From IMG/VR virus record IMGVR_UViG_3300031673_000001: DNA of 64,000 nt. The stretch is one strand, 5' to 3'. Source of the stretch: a virus (Duplodnaviria; Caudoviricetes). Position 1 is the first letter of the stretch; every line of letters begins with the position of its first letter. Below, piece after piece: positions 37,449 to 47,744 of the stretch. Made by a program: the position numbers and the translations under genes. The notes beneath the pieces were generated by a model. The model made no database searches, was not told where the DNA came from, and saw only the letters and a program-made list of their open reading frames with translations.

Positions 37449-38102
37449 TTAGTTGTTTTTATTCGTATTTTCTAAAAAATCCCTTTTTGCCCATCTTCTA
37501 CATGCTATTCTCTTTTTATAACCACTATCCAACTTTTCATATTTAAATTTATATTTTTTTGATATTCCTTTCATATAATTTTTAAGATTGAACTTTTTAC
37601 CAATATGAGTTTTCATATATTCAACTTTATCTAATAGAGCTGTTTCTAAAGCTGTAGTTTCTTGTTTTCTTTCCATTTTAATAACTCTAATCTTATAGAG
37701 CATATTTATATATTCTTTCTCATCTTTAGACAAACTATTCAAAAAATTTCTTCGTTTTTTCTCTTTTAAAGAAATAACATTTTTCGATCTATTAATTACT
37801 TTTGTATAATCAGTATGAACATCATCAATATCTACATATCCACAAATTGAATCTGGATTACTCGATAATTGAAAATCTGAAGTAACTCTTAAATTAGATT
37901 CTCTAAAGAAAACTTTATCAAAAAAGCGATACGTTTCTATAGAATCTTTTATTCCAACATATCCAACTGCGCTTCCATCTCCTGGTTTAAATACATCATA
38001 TACTAAAATAGTGTTGGGAGATAATACGATTTCTCTATCATGGGTTTTAATGAATGCTTGGTGTTTTCTCGGGTTTGGTGATGGTAGGGTTTGACTCGAC
38101 AT
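37449..38102 (-). CDS. Hypothetical protein with basic C-terminus
   Basis: ORF track. Confidence 0.6.
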   Translation of the reverse strand: MSSQTLPSPNPRKHQAFIKTHDREIVLSPNTILVYDVFKPGDGSAVGYVGIKDSIETYRFFDKVFFRESNLRVTSDFQLSSNPDSICGYVDIDDVHTDYTKVINRSKNVISLKEKKRRNFLNSLSKDEKEYINMLYKIRVIKMERKQETTALETALLDKVEYMKTHIGKKFNLKNYMKGISKKYKFKYEKLDSGYKKRIACRRWAKRDFLENTNKNN

Positions 38103-38607
38103 TTTCTTCTTCCTCCTTGTATTCTTCTAAGAATTTCGCCAATACAACTATTGACTGTTGAAATAGCTTTTTCACATTTTTCACTTGTTTCTTCTCTACC
38201 TGACTTATTATTATGTTCCTCATACTAACTAAAAAATCCCCAATTTCTTCATCCTTTATACTTGGGAGATTCATCTTTGCATTTGGACATAGTTCGCCTG
38301 AACGTATAGGTGGGTGTATGGTGTTACATTGTGGGCATACATCTCTTGTTACTGGTTGTGATACTCCAGCAGGTGTGGAATATACTGGAGGAGCTGTAGT
38401 AGGAGCATGTTGTGGATTAACAACTACGCCTGGATTATTAGCTACTGTATTTGCTTCTACTTGTCTTAACACAGCTTGTTGTTCTGGAGTAACTTCAGAA
38501 GGACCTCGACCTGGAGTTCCTTGATTCTTAAAATTCTCTATTGGCGGTGTAGTATAAATTTTATCATGTTGTTCATTAAATATTCTCAATCTTTCGTCTT
38601 CATCCAT
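38047..38607 (-). CDS. Hypothetical protein with CPQC motif
   Basis: GGAGG RBS; CPQCNTIH...C possible Zn finger. Confidence 0.65.
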   Translation of the reverse strand: MDEDERLRIFNEQHDKIYTTPPIENFKNQGTPGRGPSEVTPEQQAVLRQVEANTVANNPGVVVNPQHAPTTAPPVYSTPAGVSQPVTRDVCPQCNTIHPPIRSGELCPNAKMNLPSIKDEEIGDFLVSMRNIIISQVEKKQVKNVKKLFQQSIVVLAKFLEEYKEEEENVESNPTITKPEKTPSIH

Positions 38608-38668
38608 GATTACCTCCTAATGATTGTGTCTTTATTTTTTGTTCTTATTATTTATTATAACATCCTAA

Positions 38669-38689
38669 ACTATATATATTAATTAATGA
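38669..38689 (+). promoter_or_regulatory. Variant of the 22-nt promoter-like motif
   Basis: ACTATATATATTAATTAATGA upstream of the helicase at the main strand switch. Confidence 0.5.
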
Positions 38690-38749
38690 TAATAAAACTA
38701 ATGTTCGAATTTTTTTAACAAATTATAAAAGGGAGGAAATATATATGAT

Positions 38750-40009
38750 ATGGTAGATCAACAAAAGAAGGTTAAAAATGATGTAATGGATATCATTCAT
38801 CACAGTGGTATTAGAAATACAGCAAGCAGTGTTTTAACATCTAACTCTTTTATCACAACTATAGGAGGATATGCAGGAACTGGAAAAACACATCTAATTG
38901 GCCAATTAAGAAAAGAAATAAAAGAAAACTTTCATAGACTATCAGTTGGATTCTGTACATTTACGGGAAAAGCATCAAGTGTTTTAGCGTCTAAACTATA
39001 TGCAAACCAATCCATTCTTTATAATGATTATGTTGGAACCATTCATCGAATGATATACAAACCACAAACGAGGTATGATAAAAATTTAAAATGCCACGTT
39101 ATTGTGGGTTGGACATTATTAGAATCAGGTAGTCTTCCGTATGATCTTATAATTATAGATGAAGCATCTATGGTTTCAAAAGATATATGGACTGATTTAA
39201 AATCATTTGGTGTATCAATAATTGCCGTAGGTGATCATGGACAATTGGGTCCGGTAGGTGATGATTCATTCAATCTTATGAAAAAACCAGAACACACACT
39301 TACTGAAATTCGTCGTCAAGCAAAAGATTCTGAAATAATAAAATTGTCCATAATAGCAAGACAGCAAGGAACCATTCCATTAAAAATCTTTTCTCGAGAT
39401 CCACCTGTATTAAAAGTTCCATGGAAAAGTGGAATCTGTCAAAATATTTGGAAAAAATTACAGTTTGATGAAGATACCATGGCGCTATGTGGATTGAATA
39501 TGACGAGAAACTATATAAACAGAATGATTAGAAAAGATCTTGATTATAATATGGTTGCACCCTATGCAGGTGAAAGAGTTGTCTGTCTAAAAAATAACAG
39601 AGACTTGGGAATTATGAATGGCCAGACAGGAACAGTAGTTTATTTAATGCCAGAAAAATACAAGAATACCTTTAGATTAACATTTCAACTTGATGGTTCT
39701 TCAGATTACACCGAAGCATTTGTAGATGGAACTACATTTGATCAGGTAACATACACAATGTTTGGTGATATGGAGAGAGTGAAAAAACTGAATAAGTATT
39801 CAGGCAAAAATGATCTTCATGGGGTTAACTATTTTGATTATGGATATTGCATTTCCGTTCATAAATCTCAAGGTAGTGAATGGAAAAGAATAGTTCTATT
39901 TGAACAAAGAAATCGTTATCAAAATGATGAGCAATACGCTCGTTGGTTGTACACTGGCATTACTCGGGCAAAAGAAAGATTACTTATAATAACAGATTTT
40001 TATTCGTAG
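38750..40009 (+). CDS. SF1B helicase (Dda/RecD2-like)
   Basis: GYAGTGKT, IIIDEASMV, GDHGQL.PV, LTEIRRQ, YGYCISVHKSQGSEW, WLYTGITRA. Confidence 0.93.
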   Translation: MVDQQKKVKNDVMDIIHHSGIRNTASSVLTSNSFITTIGGYAGTGKTHLIGQLRKEIKENFHRLSVGFCTFTGKASSVLASKLYANQSILYNDYVGTIHRMIYKPQTRYDKNLKCHVIVGWTLLESGSLPYDLIIIDEASMVSKDIWTDLKSFGVSIIAVGDHGQLGPVGDDSFNLMKKPEHTLTEIRRQAKDSEIIKLSIIARQQGTIPLKIFSRDPPVLKVPWKSGICQNIWKKLQFDEDTMALCGLNMTRNYINRMIRKDLDYNMVAPYAGERVVCLKNNRDLGIMNGQTGTVVYLMPEKYKNTFRLTFQLDGSSDYTEAFVDGTTFDQVTYTMFGDMERVKKLNKYSGKNDLHGVNYFDYGYCISVHKSQGSEWKRIVLFEQRNRYQNDEQYARWLYTGITRAKERLLIITDFYS

Positions 40010-40028
40010 AGAAAGGAGAAGAATTTTT

Positions 40029-40331
40029 ATGGGGAGAAATGCACACAGAGATGAACATGAAAAAATGATGAGCGACTTAATTGCAAATCAAACTACAATA
40101 GTAAGAAATTGTTATAAATTAATTCCTGAAACGGGATTGTTTCAACATTGCATCAGAACAGTTTTTTCACATGAAATTTGTGATCCTCCACTTTGTAGCT
40201 GTTTTATTAATCCTATGGCGAAATGGAAAAATGGCGACTGTGCAATGGCAGACGAATTCCTTAGAAAAACTTACGCTGCACCCAAAGAAAAAATAAAAGT
40301 GGGGCAACAAAAACAAAGAAAAAAGAAATAG
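40029..40331 (+). CDS. Cys-rich hypothetical protein
   Basis: AAGGAG RBS. Confidence 0.65.
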   Translation: MGRNAHRDEHEKMMSDLIANQTTIVRNCYKLIPETGLFQHCIRTVFSHEICDPPLCSCFINPMAKWKNGDCAMADEFLRKTYAAPKEKIKVGQQKQRKKK

Positions 40332-40335
40332 ACAA

Positions 40336-40382
40336 TTATGACACATCTTATAAATTTATATAAGATGTGTCATAACTTTTTT
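40336..40382 (+). terminator. Intrinsic terminator
   Basis: TTATGACACATCTTATA stem with its inverted copy, followed by a T-tract. Confidence 0.75.
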
Positions 40383-40445
40383 AAATTTTCTTCCACAAAT
40401 TAAGATTATTTTTTAAATAAAAGGAACAAAATAATAAATACATTT

Positions 40446-40862
40446 GTGGAGGATTGGTCTATGGAAAATATTTGTCAACTTGTAAAAAATAAATTAGAAC
40501 AATATGGTTATGAAGTATCACAATTAAGGCAAACATCTAACTTTAAGGAATTTTGTATTATGTCAAATTCAATGATAATTTTTGTTAATGAGGAGGATAA
40601 ATCTTTAACATTGTCATTTGAGTGTAATTTGGAACCACAAAAAGTTGGGCAAAGAATGACCATACTTAATGATATTAAAGAAATAAATTCTGTCTTTATT
40701 ACAGAATCTCATATGTTTGATAGCATTAATAAAAATTATACAATTGGAAAAGAAGCTAAAGAGTTAGATCTTAAAATGAAAATATATATGTTAATGAAAG
40801 AAATCACTGAACAGCAAGTATATCGTGAAGTTTTAATGACACAGAAATGTCATGAATGTTGA
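40446..40862 (+). CDS. Hypothetical protein
   Basis: ORF track; upstream of clamp loader. Confidence 0.6.
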   Translation: MEDWSMENICQLVKNKLEQYGYEVSQLRQTSNFKEFCIMSNSMIIFVNEEDKSLTLSFECNLEPQKVGQRMTILNDIKEINSVFITESHMFDSINKNYTIGKEAKELDLKMKIYMLMKEITEQQVYREVLMTQKCHEC

Positions 40863-40876
40863 AAAGGAGTTTTTGA

Positions 40877-41866
40877 ATGGAAGAAATTTTAGATAGTCTA
40901 TGGGTAGAGAAATATAGACCAAAAAAATTAGATGATTTAGTTCTGCCAATACAATATAAAAAAGATTTTGAAATAATATTCAATAAACAGTCCATTGGAA
41001 ATCTTTTACTTTCAGGTCCACCTGGAGGAGGAAAGACTACACTGGCAAGAATCATATGTTCAAAAAATGGTATTCTTCAAAATAAAAAAGATAATTTATT
41101 AATGGCAAATGGATCAGCTAAATCGACAAGAAATATTCAATTTGTTGATACAGTAGTAGAACCATTTCTAAAACATCCACCATCCAGAGATAAATTCAAA
41201 GTTGTATTTATTGACGAGGCAGATAAATTAACTCCAGAAGCTTATGATTCATTTAGAGGAATCATAGAAAAATATCAAGTAGCATATGGAAGATTTATTT
41301 GGACTTGTAATTATATCTATAAAATTCCAGATCCAGTTCAAAGTAGATTTACAATTTATAAATTTAAACAAATTTCAAAGGAGTTTATTTTTGATTATTG
41401 TAAAAATATATTAATGAAAGAAAATATAAAATTTGATGAAGAATCAATATATCTAATCATTAATAATTTGTATCCAGATGTAAGAAAGATTGTTACTACA
41501 ATGGCACAATGTTCATTAGAAGGAACATTGAAGGTTTCAGAAAATGATGTTATTACAGCAGAAAAAATAGTAATTGCTCATATCATTGAAATAATCTCTT
41601 TGATTGAAAAAGATCTACCTACACAAATTGGAAAAGAAATTAAAAGTTTAGCTGATATTTTATCAGAGAGAGATTTAGAATATTATAGAATTTATAATGA
41701 ACTCTTTTTTATGGATAAGATACCTGCACCTGCAAAGATAATGATTAATAGATATTCTTTAGATCATCAATCATGTCTATCACCACAGATGCATTTTATG
41801 GCAATGATATTTGATATTATTAAAACATTAAGGGATTTTAGATTAGCAAGGATTGTGAAAAAATGA
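40877..41866 (+). CDS. Clamp loader ATPase subunit (RFC small / T4 gp44-like)
   Basis: WVEKYRP, GPPGGGKTT, FIDEADKLT, RFIWTCNY, VQSR. Confidence 0.93.
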   Translation: MEEILDSLWVEKYRPKKLDDLVLPIQYKKDFEIIFNKQSIGNLLLSGPPGGGKTTLARIICSKNGILQNKKDNLLMANGSAKSTRNIQFVDTVVEPFLKHPPSRDKFKVVFIDEADKLTPEAYDSFRGIIEKYQVAYGRFIWTCNYIYKIPDPVQSRFTIYKFKQISKEFIFDYCKNILMKENIKFDEESIYLIINNLYPDVRKIVTTMAQCSLEGTLKVSENDVITAEKIVIAHIIEIISLIEKDLPTQIGKEIKSLADILSERDLEYYRIYNELFFMDKIPAPAKIMINRYSLDHQSCLSPQMHFMAMIFDIIKTLRDFRLARIVKK

Positions 41867-42153
41867 ATTGGAAGAAATTGAAATTTTGGAAGACAAATGA
41901 ATATAAATTTCCTTGTATTAACTGTTTTGTTAGACCCATTTGTAATCTTTCAAAATCATGTGATAAATTAGAATTGAATGAAAATAAACTTAAAGATTTA
42001 TTTTCAAAATATAAATGTTGTGTTGACTGTGGATCTAAAAAATTTATTGAAGGTCCAAGTGGTGGAATGATAACAAATTTTAAATGTGCTGGTTGTGGTC
42101 ACTGGTTTAATATGGCATTGCCATTATTTATTCAAAGGATTCGAATGCCATGA
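41863..42153 (+). CDS. Zn-finger protein
   Basis: PCINCFVRPIC; C.DCG...NFKCAGCG. Confidence 0.65.
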   Translation: MNWKKLKFWKTNEYKFPCINCFVRPICNLSKSCDKLELNENKLKDLFSKYKCCVDCGSKKFIEGPSGGMITNFKCAGCGHWFNMALPLFIQRIRMP

Positions 42154-43130
42154 TTGGAATTTATCAAGATTCATTTATAGATTATTTAAAAGATAGATTA
42201 GGTGTTCATCCAAAGATAACTGCAAAGAATATTATTACGAGATGCCCATATTGTGAACATGGAAGAGATCGAGATCATTATCATTTATATATAGGGTTGG
42301 ATATTCCAATTTTCAATTGTTTTGGAGCAGGATGTAACACTCATGGATTTATTGCAAAGTTTATAAGTAAAATAGAAGGTCATGATATATCAGATCAATT
42401 TATAGACAAAAAATCATTACAACAAGCAGCAAGATCAAGAAAAGAATTTACGACTGATGAAAAAATAACAAAACTAAAAATACCAGAAATAAATATAAAT
42501 TCTTTTCCATATAAACATCTTTACATTCAAAAAAGATTAAAGTTTGCAAATATTTCAATTAAATATATTAAAGGGTTAATCTTTGATATACACGAATTTT
42601 TGAATATCAATAACATTCCAGTAAGTGAAACCCTTGGAAGATTGAGAGATTATCTACATAATAATTTTGTTGGATTTGTTACAGAAAGACATTCAATGGT
42701 AATCTTTAGAAATATAGATCATTCTCAATCAATGAAACATTATAAGTTATTTATCCAACCAACAAATTTTTTAGATTACTATAAATTATTAGGAAATAAA
42801 AAAGATTCTAATCGAATAATCCTTGCTGAAGGAATATTTGATATTTATACAGAACATATATTTGATTTTTTAAATATTAAACATGATGTCTCTTTATATG
42901 CTTCAGTTCTTTCATCTAAATATCTTTCTTTAATAAAAAGCATAATATTCAATGAACAGATATTCAGACCTGATGTAATTATATTATCAGATAATAATAT
43001 CAAGGATGAAGAATATAAAAAATTGAAGAAATACAATTCACATTTATTTAATTCTCTTACAGTCTATTATAATAAATATAGAAAAGACTTCAATGAGACA
43101 CCTGTTATTTTAGAAGAAAATATCATTTAA
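42150..43130 (+). CDS. DNA primase (T4 gp61-like, Zn finger plus TOPRIM)
   Basis: RCPYC, FNCFGAGC, AEGIFD, SDN. Confidence 0.8.
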   Translation: MIGIYQDSFIDYLKDRLGVHPKITAKNIITRCPYCEHGRDRDHYHLYIGLDIPIFNCFGAGCNTHGFIAKFISKIEGHDISDQFIDKKSLQQAARSRKEFTTDEKITKLKIPEININSFPYKHLYIQKRLKFANISIKYIKGLIFDIHEFLNINNIPVSETLGRLRDYLHNNFVGFVTERHSMVIFRNIDHSQSMKHYKLFIQPTNFLDYYKLLGNKKDSNRIILAEGIFDIYTEHIFDFLNIKHDVSLYASVLSSKYLSLIKSIIFNEQIFRPDVIILSDNNIKDEEYKKLKKYNSHLFNSLTVYYNKYRKDFNETPVILEENII

Positions 43131-43146
43131 AAGGAGACAAATACTA

Positions 43147-43536
43147 ATGAATTATATTGTTGAAAGATTACAAGAAGTTTTTGAATCCACAATTGAATCA
43201 GATCAGACATACGCTGGACCCGTTGAAACTATTGACTATTACTCATTATTTTGTAAAGCAGCATCTAATAATAATTTGTATAAATTAATGGGAAATAATT
43301 TTTGTATGTTTAAATGTGGTTATAAGGGAAAAGATGCAATTATGACAATGTTCTCGATACCAATTAATAATCAAGATGAATCTCCGGGAGCAAAAAATGT
43401 TGCAGAAAGAATTATGGAAGTAGTTGAACATTCAGAAAAATATTTTATTACAATTGACAGTATGAGATCCGAAGAGGTGAAAGAAGATAAATTTGTATAT
43501 GTAACTATGATTAAAGTTTTGGAAGGAGGAATTTGA
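43147..43536 (+). CDS. Hypothetical protein
   Basis: AAGGAG RBS. Confidence 0.65.
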   Translation: MNYIVERLQEVFESTIESDQTYAGPVETIDYYSLFCKAASNNNLYKLMGNNFCMFKCGYKGKDAIMTMFSIPINNQDESPGAKNVAERIMEVVEHSEKYFITIDSMRSEEVKEDKFVYVTMIKVLEGGI

Positions 43537-43769
43537 TGAATAGACAGCGAAGTAAATGGATTCAGAGACTTTTTATTGCAATGGATCCAGGTTTGATTCT
43601 TTCTATGAATAAAATCTATGGAGATGAAGACACTAAACTACAACCAAGAAAATTACATCGAAGAGCAAAAAGAATGTGGAATCAACATGATCCATCAACT
43701 AAAACTTGGGGTAAAATGTCACAAGTTAAAATGAAAGGAGTTAGAAATGACAGAAGAAGCAACAGATAG
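43533..43769 (+). CDS. Small basic hypothetical protein
   Basis: ORF track; AGGAGG RBS. Confidence 0.55.
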   Translation: MMNRQRSKWIQRLFIAMDPGLILSMNKIYGDEDTKLQPRKLHRRAKRMWNQHDPSTKTWGKMSQVKMKGVRNDRRSNR

Positions 43770-44532
43770 AAGTTTTAATCTAGATCAAGAACAATTTGGG
43801 CATTTTATTAGATGTCTGAATAATATAAAAGAAATATGTAATGATATTGATATTCGTGGTGGAATTGTTCGACAGAGAAGTAATGATCGTTCATGTATCT
43901 TTGAATTTGATATGCAAAATATTTTTACCGATATTTCCATGCCAATTTCAGATATTAAAAAGAAATTAGATTTGTTGAAATCGTTTGTAGGACAACAGGA
44001 TATTAAATTTGATATTCATACTGAAGGTCAAGAATCAGAATCCTATTTTATAATTTCAGATCAAATCTCTTCAATTAAATTTATGTTTCCAGCAATACAA
44101 TTCATTGATAATAATTTTATGACTCAAGCAGAACTTGATAGTGTTTTATCCATCAATGAAGAAGAACTTCTTTTAGAAACCAAATTATCAACTTTAATAA
44201 CTGATAGAATTAGAATCATCACAGACAATTTTAATTGTCCAGCTATTCAAGTTGTATTCAATGAGCAAACAGCATCAATTCAAACCCAGACTCAATCAAA
44301 AGATCAATATGCAGTATTTATGAAAGATATACCAACTAATATTATTCTTGAACCTTGTGCAGTTAATTTAGTAACAATGCTTTTTAAAATGGAGCATGAT
44401 ACACAGGTTGATTTTAATATGTATAAGGATTCTGAAAGAGCAATTACAATAAATAAATTAGAAACAACTATTGGAGATATTGAAGCTAGAATCTATTCAA
44501 GATCTTCAGTTGTTCCATTAGATGAAGAATAA
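43747..44532 (+). CDS. Sliding clamp (PCNA / T4 gp45-like)
   Basis: 261 aa two-domain size; IRQRSNDRSCIFEFD resembles clamp N-terminus; near clamp loader. Confidence 0.65.
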   Translation: MTEEATDRSFNLDQEQFGHFIRCLNNIKEICNDIDIRGGIVRQRSNDRSCIFEFDMQNIFTDISMPISDIKKKLDLLKSFVGQQDIKFDIHTEGQESESYFIISDQISSIKFMFPAIQFIDNNFMTQAELDSVLSINEEELLLETKLSTLITDRIRIITDNFNCPAIQVVFNEQTASIQTQTQSKDQYAVFMKDIPTNIILEPCAVNLVTMLFKMEHDTQVDFNMYKDSERAITINKLETTIGDIEARIYSRSSVVPLDEE

Positions 44533-44559
44533 TAGAAGATATGGTTATGAGGTAAAATA

Positions 44560-45687
44560 ATGCATCCAAGTTCTCTATTAAGCTATTATCCCACATATAA
44601 TATATTAGATCAGATTGTTTCATATAATGATTATAAGAAATTAAATATTTTTATTGATTTAAAAAATACTTTGCAAACTACCTATATGGAGCATGCAATT
44701 GTAAATATAATCCAGAATTCAAAGAATACAAAATATGTGGATACTTCAATTTTTTCATCTGTAGTTTCATTTTTAGCATTCCATAAAATCTATGCGATGA
44801 AAAGAGGAATTGAAGTTAATTTTATTATTTTCTTTGAATCTGGAAACTCATCTTATCATAAAAACATATCAAAAAAATATAAAATATCTAGAAAGATTGA
44901 TGACTTATACGGACTTGATAGAGAAGATAGGGAATTATTCTATAATGTTTTAATGAAAAATTTTCAATTGATTGAAAAATCTTTGAATATGATGCCTTCA
45001 GTTACAGTTATTCGTTTGCCAGGGTTAGAAGCTGATTTTATTCCATATTATCTATTGAGTCGTGGTCATATTGCAGTTGACGGTTCTGTCTGTAATATAA
45101 CATATTCAAATGATCACGACTTATGGCAATGTGCTGCTAATCATTCTTATATTTATTCCAAATCAGCAAAATCTAGAAAAATTATAAAAGCAGGAACTAT
45201 CATGGATCTCATTTTGAAAAAACCAAATAATATTCCTGATATTTATGCTCCATTAGCTATGGCAGTCATAGGAGATCCAGGAGATGATATTGACGGAATT
45301 AATGGAGTTGGTCCAGTGGGTTTTCTTGAAATCTTTGATCAGTTAATTGCTTTAACTGGAACGATGGGAGAAATATACAAAAAACTTCAAAAGAATGAAG
45401 ATTTGTTTAAAGTAGTACCTATTAAAGTAGTTAATAAAAAATTAGATAAAGTTATTAAACAAGAAATTAAAACAAAAGTTTTATCAAAAGCTATTAAACT
45501 AATATCATTTGAACTGCTTTCTATAGCATTAGATGATCCAAATACAACAGAAATGTTAGATAAGAGAAACCTAATAGAAAAGAGAATGTCAGAGAAAAAA
45601 ATAGTTCCTTTGGAATCAATGAAAGTCGCTTTAATAAAAAGTGGAGTTTTTCTAGAAGAAAACTCAATAGAATATTTATATATTTAA
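44560..45687 (+). CDS. 5'-3' exonuclease / RNase H (FEN, T4 rnh-like)
   Basis: FIDLKN, EADFI, SNDHDLWQ, H3TH GDPGDDIDGINGVGP. Confidence 0.88.
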   Translation: MHPSSLLSYYPTYNILDQIVSYNDYKKLNIFIDLKNTLQTTYMEHAIVNIIQNSKNTKYVDTSIFSSVVSFLAFHKIYAMKRGIEVNFIIFFESGNSSYHKNISKKYKISRKIDDLYGLDREDRELFYNVLMKNFQLIEKSLNMMPSVTVIRLPGLEADFIPYYLLSRGHIAVDGSVCNITYSNDHDLWQCAANHSYIYSKSAKSRKIIKAGTIMDLILKKPNNIPDIYAPLAMAVIGDPGDDIDGINGVGPVGFLEIFDQLIALTGTMGEIYKKLQKNEDLFKVVPIKVVNKKLDKVIKQEIKTKVLSKAIKLISFELLSIALDDPNTTEMLDKRNLIEKRMSEKKIVPLESMKVALIKSGVFLEENSIEYLYI

Positions 45688-45738
45688 CCAACTTCATTTT
45701 AGAACAAATTAAAAATATGATGTATAGGGGACAATTAA

Positions 45739-46458
45739 ATGCTAAATAAATCAGAAGTGTTAGAATATGTAAAGTCCAATCTAGGTTTTCCTTTTATGCA
45801 TCTTGAGTTAGAAGATGAACAAATACTGGAATATATAACTAAAAACACTCGAAAGACATTCTCTTATTATATTCCACAGAAAGTAATGACCTCATTGAAT
45901 ACTACAGTTGAGTCTAACAAGGTGCCTGGAAAAGGAAATGAATATTATATTACTGAACCAGATGGTATGGAGATATTAAATGTAGTTGATATTTACACAA
46001 CATCTGGTGAACTTTATATGTTTGGTCATCCACCAATGGGAGTGTTTTCACATTTTGAGTTGAGAGAATGGGCACTATCCGTGAGTATGGCAATGGATAC
46101 TAAAATGTTTTCTTCATTTGATTATACATTTGAGTTTAAACATCCTAATGTTATAAGAATTTCTCCTCTAACATCTGCACTTGGTTGGGTTGCTGTTGAA
46201 TATGAAAGAATGCAACCTGAGGATTTATCTGGAATACCCAATGATATTCAACTAGATTTTAAAAATCTAGCACTTGCAGATGTTATGATGGTTATTGGTA
46301 GGATTCGAAAAAGATATGGGGGAGGGACTCTTAGAACTCCATTTGGGGAGATTCCTCTTGAATCAGATGTGTATGATGAGGGGAAAGAGTTAAAGAGAGA
46401 GATCATTGAAAAATTAGAAAGATTATTCATCCCAAATGTGAGAATTGATTTTGGATAA
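45739..46458 (+). CDS. Neck protein (T4 gp13-like)
   Basis: LEYVKSNLGFPFMHLELEDEQI matches recalled gp13-family N-terminus. Confidence 0.7.
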   Translation: MLNKSEVLEYVKSNLGFPFMHLELEDEQILEYITKNTRKTFSYYIPQKVMTSLNTTVESNKVPGKGNEYYITEPDGMEILNVVDIYTTSGELYMFGHPPMGVFSHFELREWALSVSMAMDTKMFSSFDYTFEFKHPNVIRISPLTSALGWVAVEYERMQPEDLSGIPNDIQLDFKNLALADVMMVIGRIRKRYGGGTLRTPFGEIPLESDVYDEGKELKREIIEKLERLFIPNVRIDFG

Positions 46459-46475
46459 AAAAAGGATATTATATA

Positions 46476-47009
46476 ATGTCGAAAGCAAATGAAGTTATTA
46501 GAGCTGAACAGGAAGAATGTACAATTGAAAAGAAATGTTTATCAGACCCCAAGTTTGTTGGATTAGATTTGTCTTATACTGGCACTGGCGTAATTGTGCT
46601 TGACAACGACGGACAAATTTTAGAACAAAAACTTATAAGCACTAATGCTAAATCTGATACGGAGGATAGAATAATAGAAATTCAGAATGAAATTAAATTT
46701 ATTCCAACGATAGTAGGATTGAGCAGTGTTTTTGTTGAAGGACCTTCTTATTCAAGTAGAGGGGATCAAATGATTCAAATGGGTGCTTTAAATATTTTTA
46801 TACGAATTTTTTTTCGTAAAAAAAATATAAAATTTAGAGTAATAGCTCCACAGACACTCAAAAAATGGGTGGCTGGAACTGGGAGAGCTGCAAAGGAAAT
46901 GATGTTACTCCACGTATATAAAAGGTGGGGAATTGAGTTTGAGGATAATAACTTAGCAGATGCCTATGGATTGGCACGAATGTCAATGGAGGAAGAAAAA
47001 AATGAGTAA
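46476..47009 (+). CDS. ruvC: RuvC-like Holliday junction resolvase
   Basis: VGLDLSYTGTG, VEGPSY, APQTLKKW.AG.G.A.KE, NLADAY. Confidence 0.85.
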   Translation: MSKANEVIRAEQEECTIEKKCLSDPKFVGLDLSYTGTGVIVLDNDGQILEQKLISTNAKSDTEDRIIEIQNEIKFIPTIVGLSSVFVEGPSYSSRGDQMIQMGALNIFIRIFFRKKNIKFRVIAPQTLKKWVAGTGRAAKEMMLLHVYKRWGIEFEDNNLADAYGLARMSMEEEKNE

Positions 47010-47706
47010 AGTTGATACACTATTACAAGAGATTTATGTAGACATGATGTTAGAAGAAGCTGATGAGTTCATTGAAAATTTTGAGTTAGGACTTGTCACA
47101 GAAGCAGATACTTGGGCAAAAGTAGCTCAAACCAAACAACAGTATATGGCCATGGTAGATAAAGCTAGAGAAGCAAAAGCAGCTGGCAATTCTGATCTGT
47201 ACAATAAGCTTATGGCACAGGTAGGTAAGTTAAAAGAAAAATGGGAAGAATTAAAAACATTGGCCAAAGGTGCTGCCAGTTCTGCAGCTACAAAAGGTAG
47301 TGAATTAGTGACTAAAGCTCAAGGAGCAGTTGCTGGTGCTACTCCAGGTCAAAAACTTATGGTTGGTGGTGCTGCTGCTGCTGTTGCTGCTATTGCTGCT
47401 GGTGTTGTAATTTATAAAAAGTTCTTTAGTCAAGCAGCTAAAGCGTGTAAAGGCAAATCAGGTCCCGACAAGAAAAAATGTCTGGCAAGTTTTAAAGTTA
47501 AGGGACTACAAGCAGCTAAATCAAAAATTCTTGCTGGTATGTCTAAATGTAAAGATGACAAGTGTAAAGCAAAACTAAAAGCTAAAGCTCAAAGTTTTGA
47601 TGCAAAGATCAATTCTATGAAAGGTGCAGTCGCAGAAGCTGTTATCAATGAATATGTTGGTGAATATATTTCCGAGTTGTTTCTAGAAGGTCTAGAAAAA
47701 AACTAA
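47002..47706 (+). CDS. TM plus 4-Cys domain protein, acidic N- and C-terminal peptides
   Basis: Start 47002 from GGAGG RBS (track start 46960); YKKFFSQAAKACKGKSG.DK..C. Confidence 0.75.
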   Translation: MSKVDTLLQEIYVDMMLEEADEFIENFELGLVTEADTWAKVAQTKQQYMAMVDKAREAKAAGNSDLYNKLMAQVGKLKEKWEELKTLAKGAASSAATKGSELVTKAQGAVAGATPGQKLMVGGAAAAVAAIAAGVVIYKKFFSQAAKACKGKSGPDKKKCLASFKVKGLQAAKSKILAGMSKCKDDKCKAKLKAKAQSFDAKINSMKGAVAEAVINEYVGEYISELFLEGLEKN

Positions 47707-47744
47707 TCGAGACAGTCTCGTATGAACCCAAAAAGGGTGATACG

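Noticed and set aside
40877-44532. Archaeal virus origin based on RFC/PCNA-like genes and TATA-like motifs
   Set aside because: T4-like phages have the same clamp system; KhpA, lipobox protein, hybrid kinase and LPS-type enzymes point to bacteria. Not fully excluded
47708-47736. Small hairpins CGAGA-CAG-TCTCG and ACCC-AAAA-AGGGT
   Set aside because: Too short to distinguish from chance; no T-tract
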